Virus genome (UHGV): UHGV-0115803 | Origin: a virus | Strand: one strand, 5' to 3' | DNA length: 53,738 nucleotides | Shown: positions 1 through 8,703 of the stretch, piece by piece | Layout: every line of letters begins with the position of its first letter | Numbering within the stretch: the stretch's first letter is position 1 | The notes under the pieces: generated by a model | What the model was told of the DNA's origin: nothing | The model's database searches: none | Seen by the model: only the letters and a program-made list of their open reading frames with translations | Made by a program: the position numbers and the translations under genes

Positions 1-395
1 AAAATCACCTCATTGTCATTTTAACAGGAATCAATCATCGAATCACTAATAACTATGTATTAGGCGGCACATGAACTTTAAAGGAAGAGGAGCTACTCAC
101 TTCCTTGTCATTGAATTTTTTGGGTGTGCCGCCATCGTTAAGATAAGCTGAGAAAGAAGCTGTTCACCTCCTTCTTTTTTGTAGGTAATGTGAGTAGCCT
201 ACAAAAATTTAAGATAACTCTTTATATCAACGGCTAGTTCAGATGGTTGTTCATTTACTCCACTTTTTAGCAGTTGTCCTGTTTATGATGTTCGTCTGAC
301 TAGCTGTAAATATACTAATTTGATAATAATAGTATATAGCAGAAAAACGTGATTAACCCGCCAAATATCCCGCAAAAAACCGCCAAAATAATTGT

Positions 396-812
396 TCAAC
401 GATATGCGATCAATCTGCCTTTTTTATAAGCTTCAGCAAATTCAATTAGAGCTTCTGACATTAGTCTTTCAACGCTGCGCTCAGAGTAGCCAATTTCACG
501 GCCGATTTTATAATTAGAATAACCATCAGGTGCACAGTAGCGGTAATAGAGAACTTGACGACTTGTTATTCCCAAAGACATCAAAGCTGCTAAAATAGCA
601 TCTCTTTCAGCTTCAGCTTCCATAAATTGGATCATTCCGTCTTCCGCCTTGTTCCCCCATCTATCGCCTTTTGGCATGTCTGACATGACTGGTGATTTAA
701 TATCTATCATTGACTTTCCCGCTATACGTACCCACTTACGATAATTTTTCAATATTTTTCTTGCATTACATTTAGTTTGATAAAAATCGACTTCTCTCAA
801 TAGCTCTATCAT
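396..812 (-). CDS. ArpU-family (sigma-70 region-4-like) phage late transcription regulator
   Basis: 138 aa with a C-terminal HTH (ITSRQVLYYRY...IGREIGYSERSVERL). In the circular-map reading it sits upstream of the small-terminase region, the usual ArpU position. Confidence 0.55.
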   Translation of the reverse strand: MIELLREVDFYQTKCNARKILKNYRKWVRIAGKSMIDIKSPVMSDMPKGDRWGNKAEDGMIQFMEAEAERDAILAALMSLGITSRQVLYYRYCAPDGYSNYKIGREIGYSERSVERLMSEALIEFAEAYKKGRLIAYR

Positions 813-887
813 GCCATCCGCTCCTTATGCTATAATGTTATTGACTAGATAACATTTAGCGCTGAGCGAAAGCTTGGTGTTTTTTTG

Positions 888-1075
888 TGATATAATCGTT
901 GTGAGCTGGGCTTTTCCTTCAATGGGCGCAAGCATATTTCAACTAGCTCAGGGCTGCTATATCGGGTAGCAGTCCTTTTTTTATGCTATAATCCAAGCAG
1001 GCTAGGTTTCACTCGCTTCCTACAAACGAATTTCTAGTCTATTGGTCGCCTCTTAAGGAGCTGCGGCCTTTTTAT
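888..1075 (+). ncRNA. Two tandem plus-strand minigenes: extended -10 promoter (TGaTATAAT ~888-896; TGcTATAAT ~984-992), ~75-nt transcript, intrinsic terminator (~952-982; ~1042-1075). The first carries the conserved box AAGCATATTTCAACTAGCTCAG
   Basis: Hairpin GGCTGCTA..TAGCAGTCC followed by T7. The conserved 22-nt box recurs at ~2732 and ~3003. The units are antisense to the minus-strand early ORFs. Confidence 0.35.
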
Positions 1076-1272
1076 CTTTCAGAATCAGTTAAATTGATGC
1101 CGTTTATTTTAGCTTCAACATAAAGTCTGTTTAGAGTATTTCTCTCATTATCAATGTATTTTTCTATGGACGCTCGAGCAGTTGGATTTTGTTTTGTTTT
1201 CAGTTCTTCTTCGAGCAAAGCAATCTTATCTTTTTGTAACGCTATTTGTGATCGAATCCTTCTAGGTATCAT
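1072..1272 (-). CDS. hypothetical phage protein (66 aa, coiled-coil)
   Basis: ORF in the early operon. Confidence 0.35.
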   Translation of the reverse strand: MIPRRIRSQIALQKDKIALLEEELKTKQNPTARASIEKYIDNERNTLNRLYVEAKINGINLTDSER

Positions 1273-1313
1273 TTGAAACCTCTTTAATTGGCGACGTTAG
1301 CGGAAAGCTAACT

Positions 1314-1565
1314 TTATTCTTCAAATAGCTTATTCATGTCTATTTCTCTAAACTTCTCTTTGATCCGAACTAATATTTCAAAGCTTGGCTTCCTGAAATC
1401 ATTCTCCATTTGTCGGTAGTATCCATACGAAAGATTTAAAGCTTCGGCCATTTGACGCTGAGTCAATCCTGCTTGCTGACGAAAACTTTTTAAATAATCC
1501 ATGTCTACACCTCCTGGTAGAGACGTTAAGGCAATCCTATCTGAACAACAATCGATTTTACCCAT
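1314..1565 (-). CDS. XRE-family HTH DNA-binding protein
   Basis: GLTQRQMAEALNLSYGYYRQMEN helix-turn-helix. Confidence 0.5.
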   Translation of the reverse strand: MGKIDCCSDRIALTSLPGGVDMDYLKSFRQQAGLTQRQMAEALNLSYGYYRQMENDFRKPSFEILVRIKEKFREIDMNKLFEE

Positions 1566-1870
1566 TCGTATTTTTCTACTGCATCAGTCGCGGTTTTATC
1601 TGCTATTTCATCATCAACCTCTGCTGGTATCTCATCTAGTACATTTTGGACCAGTTCTTCAAAATCATAGGTCTTGAAATAGATTCGTTTTCCGTTATCC
1701 CAAACATAATCAATCTCCGCTCTTCCAAATGAGCCTAACCAAGTTGTGTGTTCATCACTAGCTACCACTTCACTGTCAACCATCGGAACAATTGGTAGAT
1801 CAGGATTTTTTTTGATCAGATTAAGTAGCTCCGTCACATTTTCCATTTGAATTTCGCTTTGTGTTTTCAT
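1526..1870 (-). CDS. hypothetical phage early protein
   Basis: ORF only. Confidence 0.4.
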   Translation of the reverse strand: MKTQSEIQMENVTELLNLIKKNPDLPIVPMVDSEVVASDEHTTWLGSFGRAEIDYVWDNGKRIYFKTYDFEELVQNVLDEIPAEVDDEIADKTATDAVEKYEWVKSIVVQIGLP

Positions 1871-1891
1871 CAGATTCCCCTCCTATATACG

Positions 1892-2260
1892 CTAATTAAT
1901 AAGCTCCACCTTAAATACATGGCGATATTGAGAACTGATTCGTTCTCCTGCCTCGTTTTCATCAAGAGCAAATATTTTAATGGATTCCACCGGATTTGAT
2001 TCAGTCAAAACGTTCGTAAAGAACACCTTAAACTCTTTTTCTTTTAAGAAATCTCCTTCGTCCATCATGTCACTCGCCCATGACTTATCATCATTATCAA
2101 ACTGTCCAATGAAACTATCCTCAGAATCTACCTTTGGATTGTAAGCACAATATCTGATGGGGACAATTTCCAAACAATCTTCGTGATAATATTTATATTC
2201 AACTTCCACAATATCTTCAAACTGACGAAAGGTTTTATCACAAATCGGACATTTTTTCAT
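1892..2260 (-). CDS. hypothetical Cys-containing protein (CPICDK...)
   Basis: ORF; N-terminal CxxC. Confidence 0.4.
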   Translation of the reverse strand: MKKCPICDKTFRQFEDIVEVEYKYYHEDCLEIVPIRYCAYNPKVDSEDSFIGQFDNDDKSWASDMMDEGDFLKEKEFKVFFTNVLTESNPVESIKIFALDENEAGERISSQYRHVFKVELIN

Positions 2261-2661
2261 TGTTCCACCTCCAACAACTCTTTATCCTCGTAGATGTTTC
2301 CGATTACTTCTATTGGTAAATCAACGCTATATAATAATTCGAATTCAGTATCAAGATTTTTATAGTCAAGATAGAACCCGCCTTGTACAAATCTGATTAC
2401 TGACATACCATCATTTAATACGTCTCCGATAATCTTCACTATATCCCCCTCAAATATCTCCACGCCATTCTTGTCTTTAAGGCCTGTTGACTGCATTAAT
2501 TCAATATCTTCAAAACGATACCAGTCTAAACAAGTAGTACAGGTGCTATCACCACAACCATTTATTCCTACTGGTTCATCGTCTATGCCGTTAAGAGTGA
2601 GATCATTAACTGGATAAATTTTCTTCGATTTTTTTATATAAGCTTTAAACTTCGGTATCAT
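2257..2661 (-). CDS. YopX-like phage protein
   Basis: DKNGVEIFEGDIV motif typical of the YopX family. Start moved to M27 (ATG preceded by GGAAGTGAG); the upstream part of the listed ORF overlaps a repeated intergenic element. Confidence 0.5.
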   Translation of the reverse strand: MIPKFKAYIKKSKKIYPVNDLTLNGIDDEPVGINGCGDSTCTTCLDWYRFEDIELMQSTGLKDKNGVEIFEGDIVKIIGDVLNDGMSVIRFVQGGFYLDYKNLDTEFELLYSVDLPIEVIGNIYEDKELLEVEQ

Positions 2662-2697
2662 ATTACTCACTTCCATTTCTAATTTGTTGTACAATAG

Positions 2698-2786
2698 TGA
2701 TGAGCTGGCCCCTCCTTTTTTCAATCGGGTTAAAAGCATATTTTAATCAGCTCACGACCGCTGACCAATCCCCAGCGGTCTTTTTT
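2698..2786 (+). repeat. Copy of early-region repeated element (box AAAGCATATTTTAATCAGCTCAC + hairpin GACCGCTG..CAGCGGTC + T6)
   Basis: Related to the ~901-982 and ~2965-3059 copies. Terminator stems vary with compensatory changes. Confidence 0.4.
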
Positions 2787-2952
2787 GTTACAAATTATTT
2801 ATGACTTATTTCTTCTTAACTACCGTTCGCGCTTGAAACTAAAACGGTTACTTGTTACGCTTTTGGTGTCTTTTGAGAAGACACCAATTGTGCGCAGCTA
2901 GGTTCCCCACCTAGCACTAGACTGCCGTTTCATACCGCGGTAGTCCTTTTTT

Positions 2953-3059
2953 GTGTTATAATTTAAACGAGCTAGGTTCTTCCTTGTTGATTTCATTAAT
3001 CTGAAGCATATTTCAACTAGCTCAGAGACCGCTGCCACCCAATGTTCAGCGGTCTTTTT
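2953..3059 (+). ncRNA. Plus-strand minigene: extended -10 TGtTATAAT (~2954-2962), conserved box (~3003-3025), terminator (~3027-3059)
   Basis: Same architecture as 888-982. The surrounding 2790-3100 region is densely hairpinned (GGTGTCTT..AAGACACC; GCTAGG..CCTAGC). Confidence 0.35.
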
Positions 3060-3100
3060 CTATGCAATCGCTTCGGTTACCGGAAATAACAATCACTTGA

Positions 3101-3472
3101 TCAGTGCTCAAGCCACATGCTGTCATAACTTTCAATTTCGTTATCATTTCCTACCGATTCGCCGCCCACCGTATAAAAAGTAATAGTGTCCTCTTCATAG
3201 CAATCTTCGCAATATCTTGTATGCTCATCTTGCTTAATGTAAGTATCTCCAACAGACAAATCTTTATCGCAAGATTCGCAATATAAATCGATTTCTTCTT
3301 CGCCTAAATATTTCGTATAGTAGCTAGCTCGTTGATTATCAGGAACCAGTTTAAGAGCTCTTTCTTTCGTTCTTAAGTATCTTTTTTCAATAATTCGATC
3401 ATTGAATACAGTTCCTACTACGTACTTGGTTAACTTCATTCTCACACCTACACTTTCTCGATCAAACCCCAA
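3101..3472 (-). CDS. hypothetical Cys-rich (zinc-binding?) protein
   Basis: CESCDKD...CEDC motifs. Confidence 0.4.
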   Translation of the reverse strand: MGFDRESVGVRMKLTKYVVGTVFNDRIIEKRYLRTKERALKLVPDNQRASYYTKYLGEEEIDLYCESCDKDLSVGDTYIKQDEHTRYCEDCYEEDTITFYTVGGESVGNDNEIESYDSMWLEH

Positions 3473-3651
3473 GCTTTCGCCTGAAGCTTATACCTGTACT
3501 GATTGTCTTTCAGGTAAGCCAATCTATTACTTAGTGACTTCACGCTTTCCAACATGCACCACTGTCTTGCTTGTTCAAGTTCATATTCCAATTGATCAAT
3601 CTCGTCTTGGTGATCTTGAATGATTCCCATAATGTTTTTCATGTTTAGCAT
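3448..3651 (-). CDS. hypothetical protein (67 aa)
   Basis: ORF only; overlaps neighbour. Confidence 0.3.
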   Translation of the reverse strand: MLNMKNIMGIIQDHQDEIDQLEYELEQARQWCMLESVKSLSNRLAYLKDNQYRYKLQAKAWGLIEKV

Positions 3652-3660
3652 CTCTCACAC

Positions 3661-4257
3661 CTACACTTTCTCGACTGTGCCGCCGAGATTTTTAGCCACC
3701 GAAGAAGCTGTTCCCTCATTTTTATATTTGATAATCGACTCATCTTCACCAAGCACCGTGTTCATCACAAATTGAGCAGTGGTATCTTCCCAACCACAAA
3801 AATATAAATTACCAACTTTAACCACCCACTTCGGTTCTTCCTCGACCTCGTAGCCGTCTAGCCAAGCGCGCATATATTTTTCAGGATGTTTAACAAGCCA
3901 ATCAATAGCGTTCTCATTTTCCCCAGCTTTGTCTTTCCTGCAATACCAATCTTTAAAGGTAATTAGTAATGCCAATAGGTCGACATCAGTCGAATTACGA
4001 TAATAGTCAAGTAATTCTCCAACACATTTTGGCACTTTGACTTTCTGCGGTTCTTCTAATTTGGTAAGGACACTTTTTGCTATTCCCAAACCTGCAAAGA
4101 CACCTGTGGACAATGTTTTGTTATTGGCTTCTACGCCTGTGCTTGTTGCTACATGAAAAAATTGGGTACTTGTTGTTTCAAGTTCTTCTAAAACTTCTTG
4201 TTTATTCATTTCATACCTCCTAAATTCTATGTGATCAAAAAGTTGATTAATGATCAC
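3661..4257 (-). CDS. hypothetical phage protein (DUF1642-like?)
   Basis: 198 aa; family assignment from memory only. Confidence 0.4.
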   Translation of the reverse strand: MIINQLFDHIEFRRYEMNKQEVLEELETTSTQFFHVATSTGVEANNKTLSTGVFAGLGIAKSVLTKLEEPQKVKVPKCVGELLDYYRNSTDVDLLALLITFKDWYCRKDKAGENENAIDWLVKHPEKYMRAWLDGYEVEEEPKWVVKVGNLYFCGWEDTTAQFVMNTVLGEDESIIKYKNEGTASSVAKNLGGTVEKV

Positions 4258-4438
4258 ATAGATTCTTACTTGATAGGCTGAGATTGCGGATCTTTTTTAC
4301 CGTCAGTCGTAGTTGTTTTAAACATTTTATAAATATACGTGTTATACTGATGAAGAGCTGAAGAAAACAGTCGAAGTACATCAATTCAGCTCTAAGCCAG
4401 CTGCGGAAACAGCTGGTTTTGTTCATCAATCATCGGTA

Positions 4439-4765
4439 TTGTTACGTTTTACTTACGTTTACCCACTTATTCACACTAATCTCCTTTTTGATGCTATGGT
4501 TATTAAGTACCATAAGGATGTGAAAACAATGATTAACTTTTATCCTGTACACGTTTATGTTTCTAATTATCGAATATACGCTTCCCTAGAAAAAGCGAAC
4601 TTTGATAGTTCCCATACGAAGCCTATTAAAAGTCTATTTGCTGTTTTAAACTTAAAGGAAATCAAAGCTATGAAAATGAAACTTTTCATCTATGACCTTG
4701 ACATCAATAGTTTTGATAAAATGCAAGATGCGATAAACGATTGTCAAACGCAAATGAATAATTGA
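4439..4765 (+). CDS. hypothetical protein on the opposite strand within the early region (possibly starting at MINFYPV ~4529)
   Basis: Only sizeable ORF in the 4258-4821 gap of the minus operon. Followed by a perfect plus-strand terminator. Confidence 0.35.
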   Translation: MLRFTYVYPLIHTNLLFDAMVIKYHKDVKTMINFYPVHVYVSNYRIYASLEKANFDSSHTKPIKSLFAVLNLKEIKAMKMKLFIYDLDINSFDKMQDAINDCQTQMNN

Positions 4766-4770
4766 TACTT

Positions 4771-4800
4771 ACACTGAGCTTAGTACTCAGTGTTTTTCTT
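4771..4800 (+). terminator. intrinsic terminator ACACTGAG-cttagta-CTCAGTGT + TTTTTCTT
   Basis: 8-bp perfect stem plus T-run read directly from the sequence. Confidence 0.6.
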
Positions 4801-4821
4801 TGATTGGCGTGGTTAGCAGAA

Positions 4822-5103
4822 CTAACCGCCTAATTCAAAAGTGTTTTTCATACTTGATCTAAAGGCTTTTAGCTGATTTTCTATGATAGTATCTTTTACT
4901 TCGAACCGATCTTTGATTAAAGGTGCTGCCATGTCTTTTGCATAGCTTTGCCTGATATTTACCCTTTGGTTACCGATTTGTTTTACAACATCACGGCCAT
5001 TAATAATACTTTGAATATCGGCTTCACTTAAAATGATCTCCATCATTCGCCGTCCTCCCGTAGTAAAGTTTTCTCGCAGAAACGTTGCATCTGTGCCATG
5101 CAT
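4822..5103 (-). CDS. hypothetical protein
   Basis: ORF. Confidence 0.35.
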   Translation of the reverse strand: MHGTDATFLRENFTTGGRRMMEIILSEADIQSIINGRDVVKQIGNQRVNIRQSYAKDMAAPLIKDRFEVKDTIIENQLKAFRSSMKNTFELGG

Positions 5104-5360
5104 ATAACTTTGTCAGGCATATCCAATTTTTGGAAGCTTAAAGTGTATTGAACCGTGATACCACCGTTATTCCGTTTCCAAAATTCAGCCATCGATTGAA
5201 AGTTCTGCATGATTACATATTTCTCTCCATCTAATCGCCCTATTTGAAAATCACATGTATTATTTTTACTCATAAAAACCTCCTTGATTGTTGTCGTTAG
5301 TGGACTAAATACTACCTGTTTGAAAACCATAATGTGCAGTTTCAACGCCGTCATAATCAC
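5043..5360 (-). CDS. hypothetical protein
   Basis: ORF; overlaps neighbour by 60 nt. Confidence 0.35.
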   Translation of the reverse strand: MIMTALKLHIMVFKQVVFSPLTTTIKEVFMSKNNTCDFQIGRLDGEKYVIMQNFQSMAEFWKRNNGGITVQYTLSFQKLDMPDKVICMAQMQRFCEKTLLREDGE

Positions 5361-5757
5361 TTATTTCCCACTCAGCCCCATCGGGTATATCAACGACTTT
5401 AAGACTTGCATGTGGTCCACTGGCCTCACTTCCTAGTTTTTCGACAACAGCAACGAGGTCCTTATCACCTCTGTTTGAATCACTTGAAAAACTGGAATCA
5501 TCAGCAATTCCGTACAGTCGGTCAATTTCGCTATAAATTCCTGTAACTTTGTCGATTTTCGGGTCTTTTTTGAAATAGTAGATAAAATCCATCGAACCTA
5601 GCTTTTGGCCTGTGTGTCTCGTGTATTCATCATCTGAGTCATAGCTAAAGTTATTGATGTATGGGAATACTTCAATATTTTTTCTTTTAAAAATTTCCAT
5701 TTTTGCTTCATGGCTCAACCCAAAGCCACCAAAACATTTATTTAATACAATCTTCAT
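5305..5757 (-). CDS. hypothetical protein
   Basis: ORF. Confidence 0.4.
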   Translation of the reverse strand: MKIVLNKCFGGFGLSHEAKMEIFKRKNIEVFPYINNFSYDSDDEYTRHTGQKLGSMDFIYYFKKDPKIDKVTGIYSEIDRLYGIADDSSFSSDSNRGDKDLVAVVEKLGSEASGPHASLKVVDIPDGAEWEISDYDGVETAHYGFQTGSI

Positions 5758-5782
5758 TACTTTTCCTCCTTTGTATCCTCCA

Positions 5783-6244
5783 CTACAGTAGCTTATCTAT
5801 TACTAGATAAACAAATTTCCCTTTATAATTTTCAAGAATTTCAAGAATGTTGTGACCGCCCAATGTAAACGTTTCTGTATTAAATCCTTCAATAGTAAAA
5901 GATGAATACCCATACCAGGTTTCTTTAAATTCAAGTAATCCCATTGAGTCTAGAACGATATACTCTCGTATCTGATCTAACTTCATTCTTTTGTCTGACG
6001 CGTACAGTTCCATTGAAATGTTGTCAGCAATATATCTCCCTGAAATCCCGTTCTCATATTCATCTTCAGTGTGTAAATCGGAAAAACCTAATTTATCAAG
6101 AGCATTGCTAACTAGTACTCGTAATTGACGACCGTCGTCCGTGTCGTAATCTACAGTTTTTGAATTATTTTTAACTAAAAAAATTTCGTCTTCGTCTAAC
6201 CAATGCTCATTGACGACAACCCAGCCTTTAATAATCTGTTTCAC
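5783..6244 (-). CDS. hypothetical protein
   Basis: ORF. Confidence 0.4.
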   Translation of the reverse strand: MKQIIKGWVVVNEHWLDEDEIFLVKNNSKTVDYDTDDGRQLRVLVSNALDKLGFSDLHTEDEYENGISGRYIADNISMELYASDKRMKLDQIREYIVLDSMGLLEFKETWYGYSSFTIEGFNTETFTLGGHNILEILENYKGKFVYLVIDKLL

Positions 6245-6268
6245 GTATATCCCTCCTCAGATTACTTA

Positions 6269-6826
6269 CTATTCACTTATTAATTCCAACTGTTCTTGAG
6301 GAGACACTTCTTTACCCCAATACGGTGAAATTTTATAAAACTTTCCAACTTCTCTGTTCAACGATCTAACCATGCTTTCCATCAGCTTTGCCCTCATAGA
6401 TAGATTTACATTTTTACGCTTAGCACCAATTTGGCTACTCATATAACCCTGTTGAGTAACAAGTAAAATACCAATGCCTTTGTTCTTTATGCCCATGTCA
6501 AAAGCTTTTTTGGGGTCGTCATTAAAGAATTGATTTTTCTCGGCTTTTTTTTGCTCTTCTAATACTAGCTCTTTGTATAACTGTACTGGCATTACATAAT
6601 AGTTATAGTCGCCATAAAATGAAAGATTAGCACGGCTTTTGAAATCAGATTTACTGACTTTTATCTCATAACACCTAAATTCTCCGGTTGTTTTATAAGT
6701 AATGAAATCAACTATTTCTCGACCTTCCCAGCCGATCCCCACCTCGAAACATCCGAAAACTCCTTGTTTATTATTTTCTTTCCAAAGGGCACTTTCACAC
6801 AATTTTGTCAAATTCGTTTTCGCCAT
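6269..6826 (-). CDS. PD-(D/E)XK nuclease-fold protein (MmcB-like?)
   Basis: IVDF...YEIKVSKSD suggests a D...ExK motif. Confidence 0.4.
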   Translation of the reverse strand: MAKTNLTKLCESALWKENNKQGVFGCFEVGIGWEGREIVDFITYKTTGEFRCYEIKVSKSDFKSRANLSFYGDYNYYVMPVQLYKELVLEEQKKAEKNQFFNDDPKKAFDMGIKNKGIGILLVTQQGYMSSQIGAKRKNVNLSMRAKLMESMVRSLNREVGKFYKISPYWGKEVSPQEQLELISE

Positions 6827-6857
6827 TTCATACTCCTTTCCTATGTTAATGCTCCAG

Positions 6858-7169
6858 TTAGCGGAGCTTTTCTAAATCAGTCGACTTCACGAAGGAGCCG
6901 TTGATCATTTCTCCTGTCCGATTCTTTATTTCGTCATATGCACAATTTACGCACTCATATAGGTTCATGTCATTCTGCATTGCTAAGATGATCAATGTCA
7001 CGACTGTATCGCCAATTCCGTCACGCAAAGAAGCGCGGTCACTACGAACGATCGCCGCAGCAACCTCGCCAAGTTCTTCCATCACTTTCAACATTTGCTT
7101 GCTAGAATCAGCAGTGTCTAATTCTTTGTCTTTAGCCCATTGCTCAATTTTTTCAATCAGTTCATTCAA
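6858..7169 (-). CDS. MazG-like nucleotide pyrophosphohydrolase
   Basis: MEELGEVAAAI...GDTVVTLIILA motifs; 103 aa. Confidence 0.55.
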   Translation of the reverse strand: MNELIEKIEQWAKDKELDTADSSKQMLKVMEELGEVAAAIVRSDRASLRDGIGDTVVTLIILAMQNDMNLYECVNCAYDEIKNRTGEMINGSFVKSTDLEKLR

Positions 7170-7184
7170 AATACTGTTCTCCTT

Positions 7185-8195
7185 TTACGCTACATATTTT
7201 TCGTGTTCTAGTTTCAAGTCTGATCCCGACGTGTCGATGTATTGAAGCGTTGTGTCCACATCTGTGTGTCCGAGAAATCGCCGCACATCGTTCAGGCTCA
7301 TTCCTCTTTTCAGTGCTAAGGTTGCGGCAGTTCTCCGAAACTTATGTGGATGAACATGCGTCACGCCAGCACGTTTTCCAATTTCTTTGACCATCTTCTG
7401 AATACCGTTGCTAGTCATAGCTGTTCCCACTCCGTGTAATCCACACAGGATAGGTCCTTCTGAATGCGGCTTTATCACAAGATAATTATCAATAGCCACT
7501 TTGGCACGCGCATTGACGAAAACAACCCGTTCCTTGTTGCCTTTTCCGATCACAGTGATGGTTCCCCGTTGCTGATCATAGTTTTCCATCGTCAACATAG
7601 TCAGCTCTGTAACTCGGCAGCCTGTCGATAACAAGAGTTCGAATGTTGCTTTCTCTTTCGGCTTCCGACAAGCATTTCGCATCAGTTCTACTTCGACTGG
7701 CGTAAAGGCTTTTTTTAGTCGTTTTTCGACTTTGATCTTCTCAACCCTTCGTCCGGGATCCCTGCTAATGTATTCTTCTTCAAAGAGCCATTTAAAGAAT
7801 CGACAGATTGCACCGCGTTCTCTATCTAAAGTTGCTGATGATAGATGATCATTCATTTCTCTATTCGCAATGTAAAGACGTATATCATTCGTGGTCACAT
7901 CGTTAAATGATACTCGTACCCATCGATTAAATTTATCTATCGTTCGCATCGCCAGATTGATCGTTCCAGGCGAAAGACCGCGGAGTTTCATACTCACAAA
8001 ATATTGCTTGTATGCGGCAATGTCAGAAGTTTCATCGTAGATGATCACATCTCGACATTCTTCTTCGAGTCGTAATTTTTCTAGGTTGATTGTTAAAACA
8101 ATTTTCAGTTTTCTAAGTTGCTTTGCTTCAAGTTCGGGCTCCATATTCCTGACAACAGCATTAATAAATTGCTCTTTCAATTCCATGATTACCAC
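7185..8195 (-). CDS. XerC/XerD-like tyrosine recombinase (second recombinase of the element)
   Basis: 336 aa. C-terminal HPHKFRRTAATLALKRGMSLNDVRRFLGHTDVDTTLQYI (R..H..R..Y catalytic region). Sits among the early genes. Confidence 0.8.
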   Translation of the reverse strand: MVIMELKEQFINAVVRNMEPELEAKQLRKLKIVLTINLEKLRLEEECRDVIIYDETSDIAAYKQYFVSMKLRGLSPGTINLAMRTIDKFNRWVRVSFNDVTTNDIRLYIANREMNDHLSSATLDRERGAICRFFKWLFEEEYISRDPGRRVEKIKVEKRLKKAFTPVEVELMRNACRKPKEKATFELLLSTGCRVTELTMLTMENYDQQRGTITVIGKGNKERVVFVNARAKVAIDNYLVIKPHSEGPILCGLHGVGTAMTSNGIQKMVKEIGKRAGVTHVHPHKFRRTAATLALKRGMSLNDVRRFLGHTDVDTTLQYIDTSGSDLKLEHEKYVA

Positions 8196-8206
8196 CCTTT
8201 CAAAGG

Positions 8207-8416
8207 TCAGCTCACATACATATCAAATTGTTTTTCAACTTCTTCACGTATAATTTCCATAGGTTTTGAAATGTTAACAAACCATTCATTCGCTGCTAGT
8301 ATTTCACTGATAATTTGTTCTTTCGGTGTTTGATTCGAATATTCTTTTGGCATCGCCTGAACAAATATCCTTACTTGACGATCAATTCTTTTCCGTTCCC
8401 ACATTTTCATGTTCAT
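8207..8416 (-). CDS. hypothetical protein
   Basis: ORF. Confidence 0.35.
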   Translation of the reverse strand: MNMKMWERKRIDRQVRIFVQAMPKEYSNQTPKEQIISEILAANEWFVNISKPMEIIREEVEKQFDMYVS

Positions 8417-8703
8417 ACCTCCAGATATCGATATGACTTCCCAAATCTATCAGTTCCGTTGTTCCTTGCTAGATTTCGAATGGTTACTGGTGACAAAGTG
8501 GATCGCTGTCCTAATTCATCCTCAGTTCCAACCAGTACAATCCGGTTATTGAAACTCACTTCAATTTTTTTCTTTGGATGTTTTGGCAATTCTCGCCATA
8601 TTTTATTGCTGAGTTTTTCTGCTTCACGTTTGATATCTTCGTCATACCAGTAATTTGGATGAGCCATCAACATTCGAAATCGTTCTTTGTCAGTCATTGT
8701 CAC
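8413..8703 (-). CDS. hypothetical protein
   Basis: ORF. Confidence 0.4.
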   Translation of the reverse strand: MTMTDKERFRMLMAHPNYWYDEDIKREAEKLSNKIWRELPKHPKKKIEVSFNNRIVLVGTEDELGQRSTLSPVTIRNLARNNGTDRFGKSYRYLEV

